The notes beneath the pieces were generated by a model that was given only the letters and a program-made list of their open reading frames with translations, was not told the DNA's origin and did no database searches. The translations under genes were made by a program, and so were the position numbers. A DNA stretch of 64,000 nucleotides from Candidatus Woesearchaeota archaeon (GTDB lineage Archaea; Nanobdellota; Nanobdellia; Woesearchaeales; JABGXB01), in the NCBI GenBank assembly GCA_018675975.1, contig JABGXB010000002.1, positions 504,098 through 568,097 on the forward strand, given 5' to 3'. Shown in pieces: positions 55,437-64,000 of the stretch (the first letter of the stretch is position 1; the number at the start of each line of letters is the position of its first letter).

Positions 55437-57330
55437 TCATTATTTTTTTAACTGATTTTATTTTTTTAATTGCATTTAAAATATTATTTATATGTTCTAA
55501 ATTTTCAACTTCAATTTTAAATGATAATGATACTTTTTCTTTATCTATAATTTTTGCATTTGCACTATTAATTTTATTTGTAAGTCTACTTATTGTATTT
55601 AGTAAATCTACCATTAGTCCTTTTCTTTCAGAACAACTGATTTTTAATTCTATTTCACCTTTGGTATTTTCTTGCCAGTGTGATTTTAGAATTCTATCTT
55701 TTCTAATATTTTGTTTTTTTAATTTTTCACAATTTTTATTATGTATATTAATTGTAAATCCATTAATATTTATTCCAATAATTTCATCTCCTGGCATTGG
55801 ATTACAACATTTTGCAAATTTAATATTATAGTCTTGCATTTTATTTACATAAATTAATTTGGAATTTATTTTTTCTTCTATTTTATTTATGCTCTTGGAA
55901 TATTTTGGATGTGGTATTTGACTTACTTCATTTAATGCTTTTCTTATTTTAGATCTAGCTTTATGTGTTTTTGCAAATTTTAACCACTCTCGGCTTGGCA
56001 TATGATTTTTTTGGGTTATGATTTCTACTAAGTCCCCATTACTTAATTCACTTCTTAATGTTTTATACTTGCCATTAATTCTTACACCAATAGATTTATC
56101 TCCTATATTACTATGTATTGCATATGCAAAATCAATTGCAGTTGCATTTTTTGGTAAATTAATAACTTTTCCGGCTGGAGTTATACAATATATTTTTTCA
56201 GAAAAAAATTCAAATTTTACAATATCAACAATATCTGTTTCTATATTATTATCATTATTAATTATTTCTTTTATCCATGACATTTTTTTATCATATTTTT
56301 CATTTCCTTCAAATCCTTTGTATATGAAATGTGCTGCAATTCCTTCTTCTGCTTGTTTGTCCATGTCACCAGTTCTAATTTGTATTTCTAATACATTATG
56401 ATTCTCATCGAATACAGTTGTATGTATTGATCTGTAATTATTTTCTTTTGGGCTTGCAATATAATCTTTTAATCTATTTAATATTGGTTTATATGTAGTG
56501 TGAATCAATCTTAAAACTTCATAACAATCTTTTATGTTTTCAACAATTATTCTAAATGCTAATAAATCATTAATTTCTTCTAATTTTTTTGTTGAAGATT
56601 TTTTATATATTGAATAAATATTTTTTGGTCGTCCAAGCATTTGATATTTTATTTTTTCTTTTTCAATTAAGCTAATTAATTTTTTTTTTGTATTATCAAT
56701 TATTATTTCTCTTTCTTTCTTTTTTTGTGGCAGAAATTCTTTTATTTTGTAAAATGCATCTGGATCTAAATGTTTTAAACTTAAATCTTCTAATTCACTT
56801 TTTATTTTTCCAAGACCTAATCTATTTGCAATTGGTGCATATATTTCTAATGTTAGTTTTGCAATTTCTTTTTGTTGTTTTTTATCTAATGAACCTAATG
56901 TTCTCATATTGTCTAGCTTATCTGCTAATTTGATGAAAATAACTCTAATATCTTTAGAAGAAGAAAGAATCATTTTTCTTAACTCTTCTGCAAAATCTAA
57001 ACTTACAATTGATTTATTAATTAAATTTATTTTATTTATTTCATTTTGTAAATTAAATATTGATTCTCCAAATTTTTCTTTAATTTCTTTTTCTTTACTT
57101 TTATCAATTAAACAAATTCCGTGTAATAATGATACAATTATACTATCATTATCCATTTTATTTTCTGCACAAGTTTTTGCAACTCTATATGGATGATTGA
57201 AATAATTCTCTCCAGATATTCTTTTTTCATTTTCAAAGAATTTTTTAGAAAATTCATATGCTTTTTGAACTAAGTCTATGTTTTTTTTATCTTCTAATAG
57301 TTCTTTTAGTTCTTCAAATTGTTTATCCAT
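55423..57330 (-). CDS. Long RelA/SpoT homologue ((p)ppGpp synthetase; HD hydrolase degenerate)
   Basis: APIANRLGL, GRPKNIYSIYKK, DLLAFRI, KDYIASPKENNYRSIHTT, EIQIRT, TGS DFAYAIHS, ZFD KCCNP, C-terminal ACT. Confidence 0.95.
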   Translation of the reverse strand: MDKQFEELKELLEDKKNIDLVQKAYEFSKKFFENEKRISGENYFNHPYRVAKTCAENKMDNDSIIVSLLHGICLIDKSKEKEIKEKFGESIFNLQNEINKINLINKSIVSLDFAEELRKMILSSSKDIRVIFIKLADKLDNMRTLGSLDKKQQKEIAKLTLEIYAPIANRLGLGKIKSELEDLSLKHLDPDAFYKIKEFLPQKKKEREIIIDNTKKKLISLIEKEKIKYQMLGRPKNIYSIYKKSSTKKLEEINDLLAFRIIVENIKDCYEVLRLIHTTYKPILNRLKDYIASPKENNYRSIHTTVFDENHNVLEIQIRTGDMDKQAEEGIAAHFIYKGFEGNEKYDKKMSWIKEIINNDNNIETDIVDIVKFEFFSEKIYCITPAGKVINLPKNATAIDFAYAIHSNIGDKSIGVRINGKYKTLRSELSNGDLVEIITQKNHMPSREWLKFAKTHKARSKIRKALNEVSQIPHPKYSKSINKIEEKINSKLIYVNKMQDYNIKFAKCCNPMPGDEIIGININGFTINIHNKNCEKLKKQNIRKDRILKSHWQENTKGEIELKISCSERKGLMVDLLNTISRLTNKINSANAKIIDKEKVSLSFKIEVENLEHINNILNAIKKIKSVKKIMITKC

Positions 57331-57361
57331 AATATAAGAATTATATTGTATATTTTAAATT

Positions 57362-57844
57362 TTACTGAGCTAGGTTCTTTAAGCTATTTTTAAGAATTTG
57401 ATTTTTTTTAATATTATTTTTATTGAATAATTGTTTACATTCGTCATATGTAACCCATTTATAATTTAAAATTTCGTCTTCTTTTGGTATTAAATTACCA
57501 TTTCCTAAATATTTTCCAGATACAAAAAAAAATGCTTTTCCTTTAGAATATCCTCTGCCTCTGTTATTTGTGAAATTTATATCCAATTTATCTTCATATA
57601 CTTGAGTATTTGTAATTTTATATTCATTATAATTTACATTTAATTCTTCTTTTAACTCTCTTTTTATGGTTTCAGATATCTTTTCGGATTTTTTAATTCC
57701 ACCTTGGGGGAAATACCATGATTTTTTATCTCTTGTCGAATTTACAATTAAAATTTTATTATTTTTATTTATCAATATTACAGAAACTGTGGGTCTATAT
57801 TCTCCTAATTTTTTTAAATTATCTATTCTATTATACATTTTCAA
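57362..57844 (-). CDS. Nudix hydrolase, RppH/Ap4A-hydrolase-like
   Basis: YRPTV, WYFPQGG and Nudix box GGIKKSEKISETIKRELKEE. Confidence 0.9.
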   Translation of the reverse strand: MKMYNRIDNLKKLGEYRPTVSVILINKNNKILIVNSTRDKKSWYFPQGGIKKSEKISETIKRELKEELNVNYNEYKITNTQVYEDKLDINFTNNRGRGYSKGKAFFFVSGKYLGNGNLIPKEDEILNYKWVTYDECKQLFNKNNIKKNQILKNSLKNLAQ

Positions 57845-57943
57845 TTTTATTAGTGCGGTGTGAGTATATTAAAACCATGTATATACAAAATTTACAATTT
57901 TTCAATCGATTTTTTTATAAATAGAATATAAATTTCATGTTTT

Positions 57944-59014
57944 ATGGGGAGGTTTAATAATTTTTTAAGTAGTGATGAAACGGTTTTTAAAAATCATGTT
58001 GCGCTAGATTATGATTTTGTTCCCAAGGTTATTAAATTTAGAGAATCTGAACAGCAATCTATTGCAAATTGCGTTAAACCTATGTTGCATGGTAGGAGTG
58101 GAAGGAATTTAATTATAAGTGGTACTCCTGGTATTGGTAAAACTGTAGCTGTAAAAAAAATATTTGAAGAAATTGAAGAAGATACTGATCAAATAATTCC
58201 AATTTATGTGAATTGTTGGAAAGTTAATACAACTTATAAAATTATGATTGAAATTTGTCATCAATTGGGATATCGTTTTACTCAAAATAAAAAAACAACT
58301 GAATTAATACAAATTGCAATAAATTTAATGAATAAATCTAGTATTGTTTTTGCTTTTGATGAAATTGATAAAGCAGAAGATTTTGATTTTTTGTATATTA
58401 TTTTAGAAAGTGTCTATAGGCGAACTATGTTTTTACTTACAAATTATTCTGATTGGATAACAAGTTTAGATATGAGAATTCGAAGCAGATTGGTTGCAGA
58501 AAGTTTAAATTTTAAATCATATTCAAAACAAGAAGTTAATGATATATTAAAAGAAAGAGTTGATTTAGGTTTTTATGATGGTGTATATAATTCTGATTCA
58601 TTTGAGTTTGTAGTTGATAGAGCATTTTTATTTAAAGATATTAGAACTGGTTTATATTTATTAAAAGAAAGTGCAAATTGTGCCGAAGACAGATCTTCTC
58701 GTATTGTAGAATTGGATGATTCTAAAAAAGCTCTTGATAAAATGGATGATTTTAAAACAAAAAAAATAAATAATTTAAATGATGATTTAAAGATGGTATT
58801 AGAATTAGTTAAAGACAATACTGGAAAAAAAATTGGTGAAGTTTTTGATATTGGTATTAAACGTGGTTTGAAAATTAGTTATAAAACATTTCAAAGACGT
58901 ATTAAAAAATTAACTGATAGTGGATTTATTAAAAGTGAAATAATTTATGGTGGTAGTGAAGGCAATAGTAGTTTTTTATATTATAATAATCAACCAACAT
59001 TAGATGATTTTTAA
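57944..59014 (+). CDS. cdc6: Cdc6/Orc1 replication initiator
   Basis: LDYDFVP, GTPGIGKT, YVNC and FDEID motifs; C-terminal wHTH. Confidence 0.92.
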   Translation: MGRFNNFLSSDETVFKNHVALDYDFVPKVIKFRESEQQSIANCVKPMLHGRSGRNLIISGTPGIGKTVAVKKIFEEIEEDTDQIIPIYVNCWKVNTTYKIMIEICHQLGYRFTQNKKTTELIQIAINLMNKSSIVFAFDEIDKAEDFDFLYIILESVYRRTMFLLTNYSDWITSLDMRIRSRLVAESLNFKSYSKQEVNDILKERVDLGFYDGVYNSDSFEFVVDRAFLFKDIRTGLYLLKESANCAEDRSSRIVELDDSKKALDKMDDFKTKKINNLNDDLKMVLELVKDNTGKKIGEVFDIGIKRGLKISYKTFQRRIKKLTDSGFIKSEIIYGGSEGNSSFLYYNNQPTLDDF

Positions 59015-59035
59015 ATATCTAACAACATTTATTAA

Positions 59036-60250
59036 TTGGCTTTTTATTTTTTAATTGTGGCAAATAATAAAAATCAAACAAGGATAAATGGTTTAAATAA
59101 TAATATCCAACTTTATATTTTTACAGAAATTTTTAGAAGACTTAGTAGGACGTGGTATCCTATTCTTTTTTTATTTTATATTTTTATTCAATTGGATTTA
59201 AAATTATTTGGTTATTTAGTCGCAGTAACTTCTATTACTGTATTAATTTTTGAAGTTCCTTCCGGTGTATTTGCAGATCAATATGGTCGAAAACTATCTT
59301 ATATGATTGGTCAAATAATATTAATTTTAACTTCATTTGTTTTTATTTTATCAAATAATTTTGTATATTTAATTATTGCAGCATTTTTATATGGTTTGTC
59401 AAATTCATTTTTGAGTGGTGCAGATAAAGCTTTAATTTTTGATTCTTTTTATGAGTTAAAGCGTAGTAATGAATTTAGGCTTTATAATGGAAAATTGTAT
59501 GCTTATACAATGGTAGTGGCCGCAATATCTACTTTCATCTCTGGTTTTATTGCAGAATATAATTGGAATATTTTATTTTTTATTGGAATTATATTTGGAT
59601 TAATTAATTTAATTTTAATAAGCAAATTTTATGAACCAAAAATTCATGAAAAAACATCTCATAAATTACATTTTAAGAAAAGTGTTTTAGAATTAATTAA
59701 TTCAAGGACATTATTATTTTTAGTTATACTTTTTATTTTTATAAATTCATTATTAGAGTCTTTGTCAGATTATCATCAAGTTTTTGCCATGGAAGTTGGT
59801 TGGACTGTTTCCTCATTTGCAATGCTTTTTAGTATTTCATTTATGTTATCTGGGATTTCTGCATATATTATTGAGACTATTGAAAAATATATTAAAAAAG
59901 ACTTTGCACTTTATGCCGTTCCCGTTCTTATGGGTTTAGTTTATTTTTTTATGGGATATTTAAATAATTATTATGGAATATTATTATTTATTTTTGAAGG
60001 ATTATTAATTGGATACTATTATGTTGTTCTTGAAGATATAATTAATCATAATGTAAGTAGTAGACGAAGGGCAACAATTTGGTCATTATCTTCTTTTGTT
60101 GAACAAATCTTTGTAGGATTATCTAGTATTTTTATTGCTTATTTTTCTACATTTTTTGGTTTTCAATTTTCTTATATTTTTGTAGGACTTTTTATTGGCT
60201 TAGGTGGATTTATTTGTGCAAAATTATCTTTAAGGTTTATGAAAAAATAA
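59036..60250 (+). CDS. MFS transporter
   Basis: EVPSGVFADQYGRK motif A; SGADKALIFDS; about 12 TM segments (start uncertain). Confidence 0.9.
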   Translation: MAFYFLIVANNKNQTRINGLNNNIQLYIFTEIFRRLSRTWYPILFLFYIFIQLDLKLFGYLVAVTSITVLIFEVPSGVFADQYGRKLSYMIGQIILILTSFVFILSNNFVYLIIAAFLYGLSNSFLSGADKALIFDSFYELKRSNEFRLYNGKLYAYTMVVAAISTFISGFIAEYNWNILFFIGIIFGLINLILISKFYEPKIHEKTSHKLHFKKSVLELINSRTLLFLVILFIFINSLLESLSDYHQVFAMEVGWTVSSFAMLFSISFMLSGISAYIIETIEKYIKKDFALYAVPVLMGLVYFFMGYLNNYYGILLFIFEGLLIGYYYVVLEDIINHNVSSRRRATIWSLSSFVEQIFVGLSSIFIAYFSTFFGFQFSYIFVGLFIGLGGFICAKLSLRFMKK

Positions 60251-60353
60251 TTGTTCTACCATGATCTAATATAATTAGTTTTTTTTAATATGATTTAAAA
60301 TATTAATTACAATCAATAAAAACTATTATATATTATTAAAATTATTTTTAAAT

Positions 60354-60944
60354 ATGAATTTAAAAACAAAGTTTGATCTTCTAGCAGACAAACTTGAAAA
60401 AGCGACATTAGGTTCAAATTATAAGGCTCATAAAATTATTCCAAGGGAACTTTTAAAACTAATAAATAAAGATGCGTTAATTTTAGATTTAGGTGTTGGA
60501 ACTGGTTTAAGTTCCAGATTATTTATTGATAAGAAATTTAGCGTAGTTGGCATGGATTTTTCTAAAGAATTATTAAAAGTTGTATCTAAGTATAATTATG
60601 AACAATTAATAAAACAGGATTTGAATAAAAAACTAAAAGTTAAAAAAAATAATTTTGATTTGGTGATATCATTTGGAGTTTTTGATTTTTTTGAAGATTT
60701 AAATCATATTTTTAATGAAGTAAAACGAGTTCTAAATATAAATGGATATTTTGCATTTACTGTGATTAAAAGTCAAAAACCGTCAGATTCTTCTCAAACT
60801 TATAAGCATACAAAAAAAGAAGTTAGAGCTTTAGTAAAAAAATATAATTATAAAATTGTTAATGAATTAGAATTTTTAGAATATGAAAAAAAAGATTATA
60901 TGGCAATTTATTATGGCTTTATATTAAAAAAAAATTGTAATTAA
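60354..60944 (+). CDS. Class I SAM-dependent methyltransferase
   Basis: ILDLGVGTG, GMDFS, FDLVIS and RVLNING motifs. Confidence 0.88.
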   Translation: MNLKTKFDLLADKLEKATLGSNYKAHKIIPRELLKLINKDALILDLGVGTGLSSRLFIDKKFSVVGMDFSKELLKVVSKYNYEQLIKQDLNKKLKVKKNNFDLVISFGVFDFFEDLNHIFNEVKRVLNINGYFAFTVIKSQKPSDSSQTYKHTKKEVRALVKKYNYKIVNELEFLEYEKKDYMAIYYGFILKKNCN

Positions 60945-61193
60945 TATTAAGGATAAATTGACAGAGATTTCAAATAATATTTATTCTATTATTTATTGTA
61001 ATCGAATATAACAAATTTGTGCATTCTTGTTTTTATTTTTAATTTTAGGACTGGACACAGTGGTCAAGCTGAGACTTTTTTTATAAATGATATTTGGTTA
61101 GTTAAATTATATTTGATCAACTCAAATTGCATAGCCAACCTCACCGGATTTTTTATCCGGTTTTATAATTACAAAAACAAACAGGTGAAAAAC

Positions 61194-61319
61194 ATGAAAC
61201 CCACAAACCCAACTTCAAAAAATATAACTGCTATAACTAATAGTTTAATTAATTTCTCAAAAAAAGCTAATTTTAGCTCGTATGAATTAATGTTACAAAA
61301 ACATTGTATATTAAGTTAG
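61194..61319 (+). CDS. Small hypothetical protein, 41 aa
   Basis: Strong SD AGGTGA before ATG; flanked by hairpins. Confidence 0.4.
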   Translation: MKPTNPTSKNITAITNSLINFSKKANFSSYELMLQKHCILS

Positions 61320-61419
61320 AATGAAAGAGCTTACAGTATTATTATCTTCTTTTATAGATCGCCCCTTGATAAAAGATTATTACTGTATAAATAAAAATAG
61401 TCTTTTTTATAGATAATAT

Positions 61420-61866
61420 CTATAATCTTCTTTCTATATTAAATTCTGTTTTTGATAATTCTACTAAAATAGCTCTTAAAAAATTAACTTCGAATTCATA
61501 AAAATGTTTATCTAATTCTTTTTTATTTTTTAAAAAGTATAAGTTTAATTCTTTATAACTATTTGAAATTAATACAAAATTTACAGCTAAATATTTTATT
61601 TTTTTTGAAAATATGAAATTATTAATTATTCTTTTTATTATTTCAATATGTGATTTAGTTTCATTTTTATGTTCATTATCTAAAACATTTAATATTTCAT
61701 CTACAGTATTATTTACTTTAACTAATAATTTTGCCCAAAAGGCTACATTTCCTTTTTCTTCTTCTATTTTTTTACTAATTAAATTTCTTAAATGCATAAA
61801 TTCATCTTTAGGTTCTAAAATGTCAAATTGAAATCTTATATCTTGTATTCTTTCAAGTGATATCAT
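61420..61866 (-). CDS. Hypothetical protein
   Basis: 148-aa ORF; SD GAGGT upstream. Confidence 0.65.
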   Translation of the reverse strand: MISLERIQDIRFQFDILEPKDEFMHLRNLISKKIEEEKGNVAFWAKLLVKVNNTVDEILNVLDNEHKNETKSHIEIIKRIINNFIFSKKIKYLAVNFVLISNSYKELNLYFLKNKKELDKHFYEFEVNFLRAILVELSKTEFNIERRL

Positions 61867-62437
61867 TATTATTACCTCTGCGTTTTTGTAAAAAGTCGGA
61901 TATTTTCTTATTATGTAATTTTTGTTTTAAAATAATATGATTTGTGAATGTATTTTTTGTATTAGTTGATATCCATTTGTTAATTAATTGTTGTTCTTTT
62001 GAAATTCTTTTTTCAATCCATGATAAAAAATCAATTTGATCAAAATGCATTTTTGATTCCATTAAAAAATTAGATGTATAATTTTCTGTTATATTTTTTA
62101 TATCTGTATTTAAATTTAATATTTTTGAAGGATTATTTAAATTAAAATAATTACATATTTTGCTTGAATATGAACTTTCTTCTGTATATTCTTTTAATAT
62201 TTTTTGTTTTAATATTTTTAATTCTAATTCACCTTTTTCTGAAAGTGAATAAGATCCAATGTCATATCCCTCATCTTCATTTATGGGAATTTTAGTGGAG
62301 TTTACTTTTTTTTGAAATTCTTTTATAAAAAAACCTTCATCAGGTACAATGTGGCCTATTGAATTATTATTAAATTTAATTAAATCATTTAGTATGTGTA
62401 AATTTATTGGATTATCCTCTATTTGAATGTGGGCCAT
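61853..62437 (-). CDS. Hypothetical protein
   Basis: 194-aa ORF coupled to the downstream gene. Confidence 0.65.
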   Translation of the reverse strand: MAHIQIEDNPINLHILNDLIKFNNNSIGHIVPDEGFFIKEFQKKVNSTKIPINEDEGYDIGSYSLSEKGELELKILKQKILKEYTEESSYSSKICNYFNLNNPSKILNLNTDIKNITENYTSNFLMESKMHFDQIDFLSWIEKRISKEQQLINKWISTNTKNTFTNHIILKQKLHNKKISDFLQKRRGNNNDIT

Positions 62438-62581
62438 AGATATTTTTAGTCATGTAATGTATTTAATGAATATTAACGTTATGTTTTTACTTTTTGATGT
62501 TAGTTTGGCTTATTTGTTATTTGTGTTAACTATTTTATGATTATCATATAGTTTTATATAATAAAAAACAAGAAATTCAAT

Positions 62582-63724
62582 ATGGTAAAACAAATTGTAA
62601 ATCCTTATGAAGTAAAAGGAAGTATTGATTATGATAAATTAGTTGATGAATTTGGTGTTAGTAAGATAAATAATAAATTATTAAATGAAATTGAAAAAAA
62701 TGTTGGTGAACTTCATTTTTTATTAAGGCGTGGTTATTTTTTTTCACACAGAGATTTGGATAAATTATTAAAAAGATATTCGAAGGGTGAAAAATTTGTT
62801 TTATATACTGGGAGAGGCCCTAGTGGAAGTACTACTATAGGTCATTTATTATCTTGGGTTTTTACAAAATGGTTGGCAGATAAATTTGATGTTAAAACTT
62901 ATTTTCAAATTACTGATGATGAAAAATTTTTATTCAATCCGAACTTAAATTTAACTGAAACTAATAAATTGGCATATGAAGCAGCATTAGATTTTATTGC
63001 TTTAGGTTTTAAAGAAGAAAATTTAGATGTTATAGTAAATACTAATGCGGCTGATATTTTATATCCTGTTGCTATTAGAATTGCAAAAAAATTAACTCTT
63101 TCATCTGTTAAAGCAAGTATGGGTTTTAATGATAGTTCAAATATTGGTATTAATTTTTATACTGCAATGCAATCAGTTCCTGTTTTCTTAGAGTCAATTA
63201 GACAAAAAAAAAATGTTCCTGTTTTAATTCCATATGGTATAGATCAAGATAATCATTTTAGATTAACAAGAGATGTTGCTGAAAAATTAGGTTTTTTAAA
63301 ACCGTTTACTATTAATTGTAAATTTATGCCTGGGTTAAAAAGTAATGATGGAAAAATGAATGCTTCTGATCCGAATTCTGCAATTTATACTACTGATGAT
63401 GAAAAAACTGTTATCAATAAAATTAAAAAGGCACAAACAGGTGGACGTGAAACAATTACAGAACAAAAAAAATTAGGTGGAAGACCAAAAGAGTGTAATG
63501 TTTATTCATATTATGATTTATTTTTTGAACCAGATGACAATAAATTAAAAACTATTTATTCAAATTGTGTGGGTGGAAGCTTACTTTGTGGTGAATGTAA
63601 ACTAATGCTTGCAAATAAAGTAAATGTATTTTTAAAAAAACATCAAATAGAAAGACATAAGGCAAAAAGTAAGTTGAAAAATTATTTTTTAAAAAAAGAT
63701 TTTGATACAATTAGAATTGATTAA
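62582..63724 (+). CDS. trpS: Tryptophan--tRNA ligase
   Basis: YTGRGPS, TIGH, GIDQDNHFR, KMNAS and CGECK motifs. Confidence 0.95.
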   Translation: MVKQIVNPYEVKGSIDYDKLVDEFGVSKINNKLLNEIEKNVGELHFLLRRGYFFSHRDLDKLLKRYSKGEKFVLYTGRGPSGSTTIGHLLSWVFTKWLADKFDVKTYFQITDDEKFLFNPNLNLTETNKLAYEAALDFIALGFKEENLDVIVNTNAADILYPVAIRIAKKLTLSSVKASMGFNDSSNIGINFYTAMQSVPVFLESIRQKKNVPVLIPYGIDQDNHFRLTRDVAEKLGFLKPFTINCKFMPGLKSNDGKMNASDPNSAIYTTDDEKTVINKIKKAQTGGRETITEQKKLGGRPKECNVYSYYDLFFEPDDNKLKTIYSNCVGGSLLCGECKLMLANKVNVFLKKHQIERHKAKSKLKNYFLKKDFDTIRID

Positions 63725-63863
63725 TTTTAAAATATAGTTTGCTATATCGATATTGGAATTTATTTTTTATATTATTTCTTTTTTATAACTGTCAACTCAA
63801 TAACAAAAGGTTTAAATATAGTCCTTTTTGAAAAAACCATATAAAAATTAAAAGGGGTTGATT

Positions 63864-64000
63864 ATGGAAAAAATAATTAGAAAGATAGATGGGATGAATA
63901 CTAAAGTAAAAGAGGGATTTGTTAAGGTTAGACACGACATTTCTTCTGTTGTTAATAAACAAAGTGAATTTATTGATTTCTTTTCAAAAAAAATTGCTGA
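63864..64000 (+). CDS. Hypothetical protein, partial (runs off the window end)
   Basis: SD-like AGGGG, then MEKIIRKIDGMNTKVKEGFVKVRHDI... open to the end. Confidence 0.55.
   Translation, partial: MEKIIRKIDGMNTKVKEGFVKVRHDISSVVNKQSEFIDFFSKKIA

Noticed and set aside
57845..57943. Replication origin next to cdc6
   Set aside because: Short spacer with no recognisable ORB repeats or G-string
61045..61140. GCTGAGA suggests a TPP riboswitch
   Set aside because: The downstream CCTGA/AGCG..GGGA core elements are missing
61215..61319. AAATATAACT-GCT... resembles the tmRNA resume-codon context
   Set aside because: No tRNA-like domain (no acceptor stem, T-arm or CCA end) nearby, and the peptide lacks an ALAA-like end
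758..61831. Many short ORF-track entries antisense to or nested in real genes (e.g. 9603-9929, 15518-15904, 22966-23316, 37127-37357, 39272-39613, 49427-49651, 56018-56401)
   Set aside because: Shadow ORFs of AT-rich coding strands with F/L/S/I-biased composition and no motifs

Overview
Very AT-rich archaeal chromosome segment. The archaeal r-proteins, EF-1alpha/EF-2, Rpo7/Spt4, Cdc6/Orc1, class I CCA enzyme, Sm protein and S-layer protein, together with compact gene packing and many orphans, point to a DPANN lineage (Woesearchaeota-like; inference). It is mostly core translation and protein-targeting genes plus three tRNAs (Ser-GGA, Met-CAT, Leu-TAG). No rRNA, CRISPR array, integrase or transposase was seen. 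Most notable: (1) a full-length RelA/SpoT homologue with intact synthetase, TGS, ZFD and ACT motifs but a degenerate HD hydrolase, directly downstream of an RppH-like Nudix hydrolase, i.e. a candidate archaeal alarmone make/break module; (2) a deoxyhypusine synthase + PLP decarboxylase + agmatinase operon; (3) a Hel308 gene lacking its whole ATP-binding RecA1 domain (candidate split gene); (4) a duplicated tRNA-Ser 3' end with a 47-nt palindromic insertion in the T-loop; (5) a DUF885 gene that appears to start at ATA; (6) a histone H1-like K/R/A repeat protein; (7) an Asn-rich protein coupled to a HerA-like ATPase. Several short genes missing from the ORF track were added (Sec61beta, L37e, two small ORFs, one partial ORF). 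All calls come from reading motifs by eye, with no database searches.
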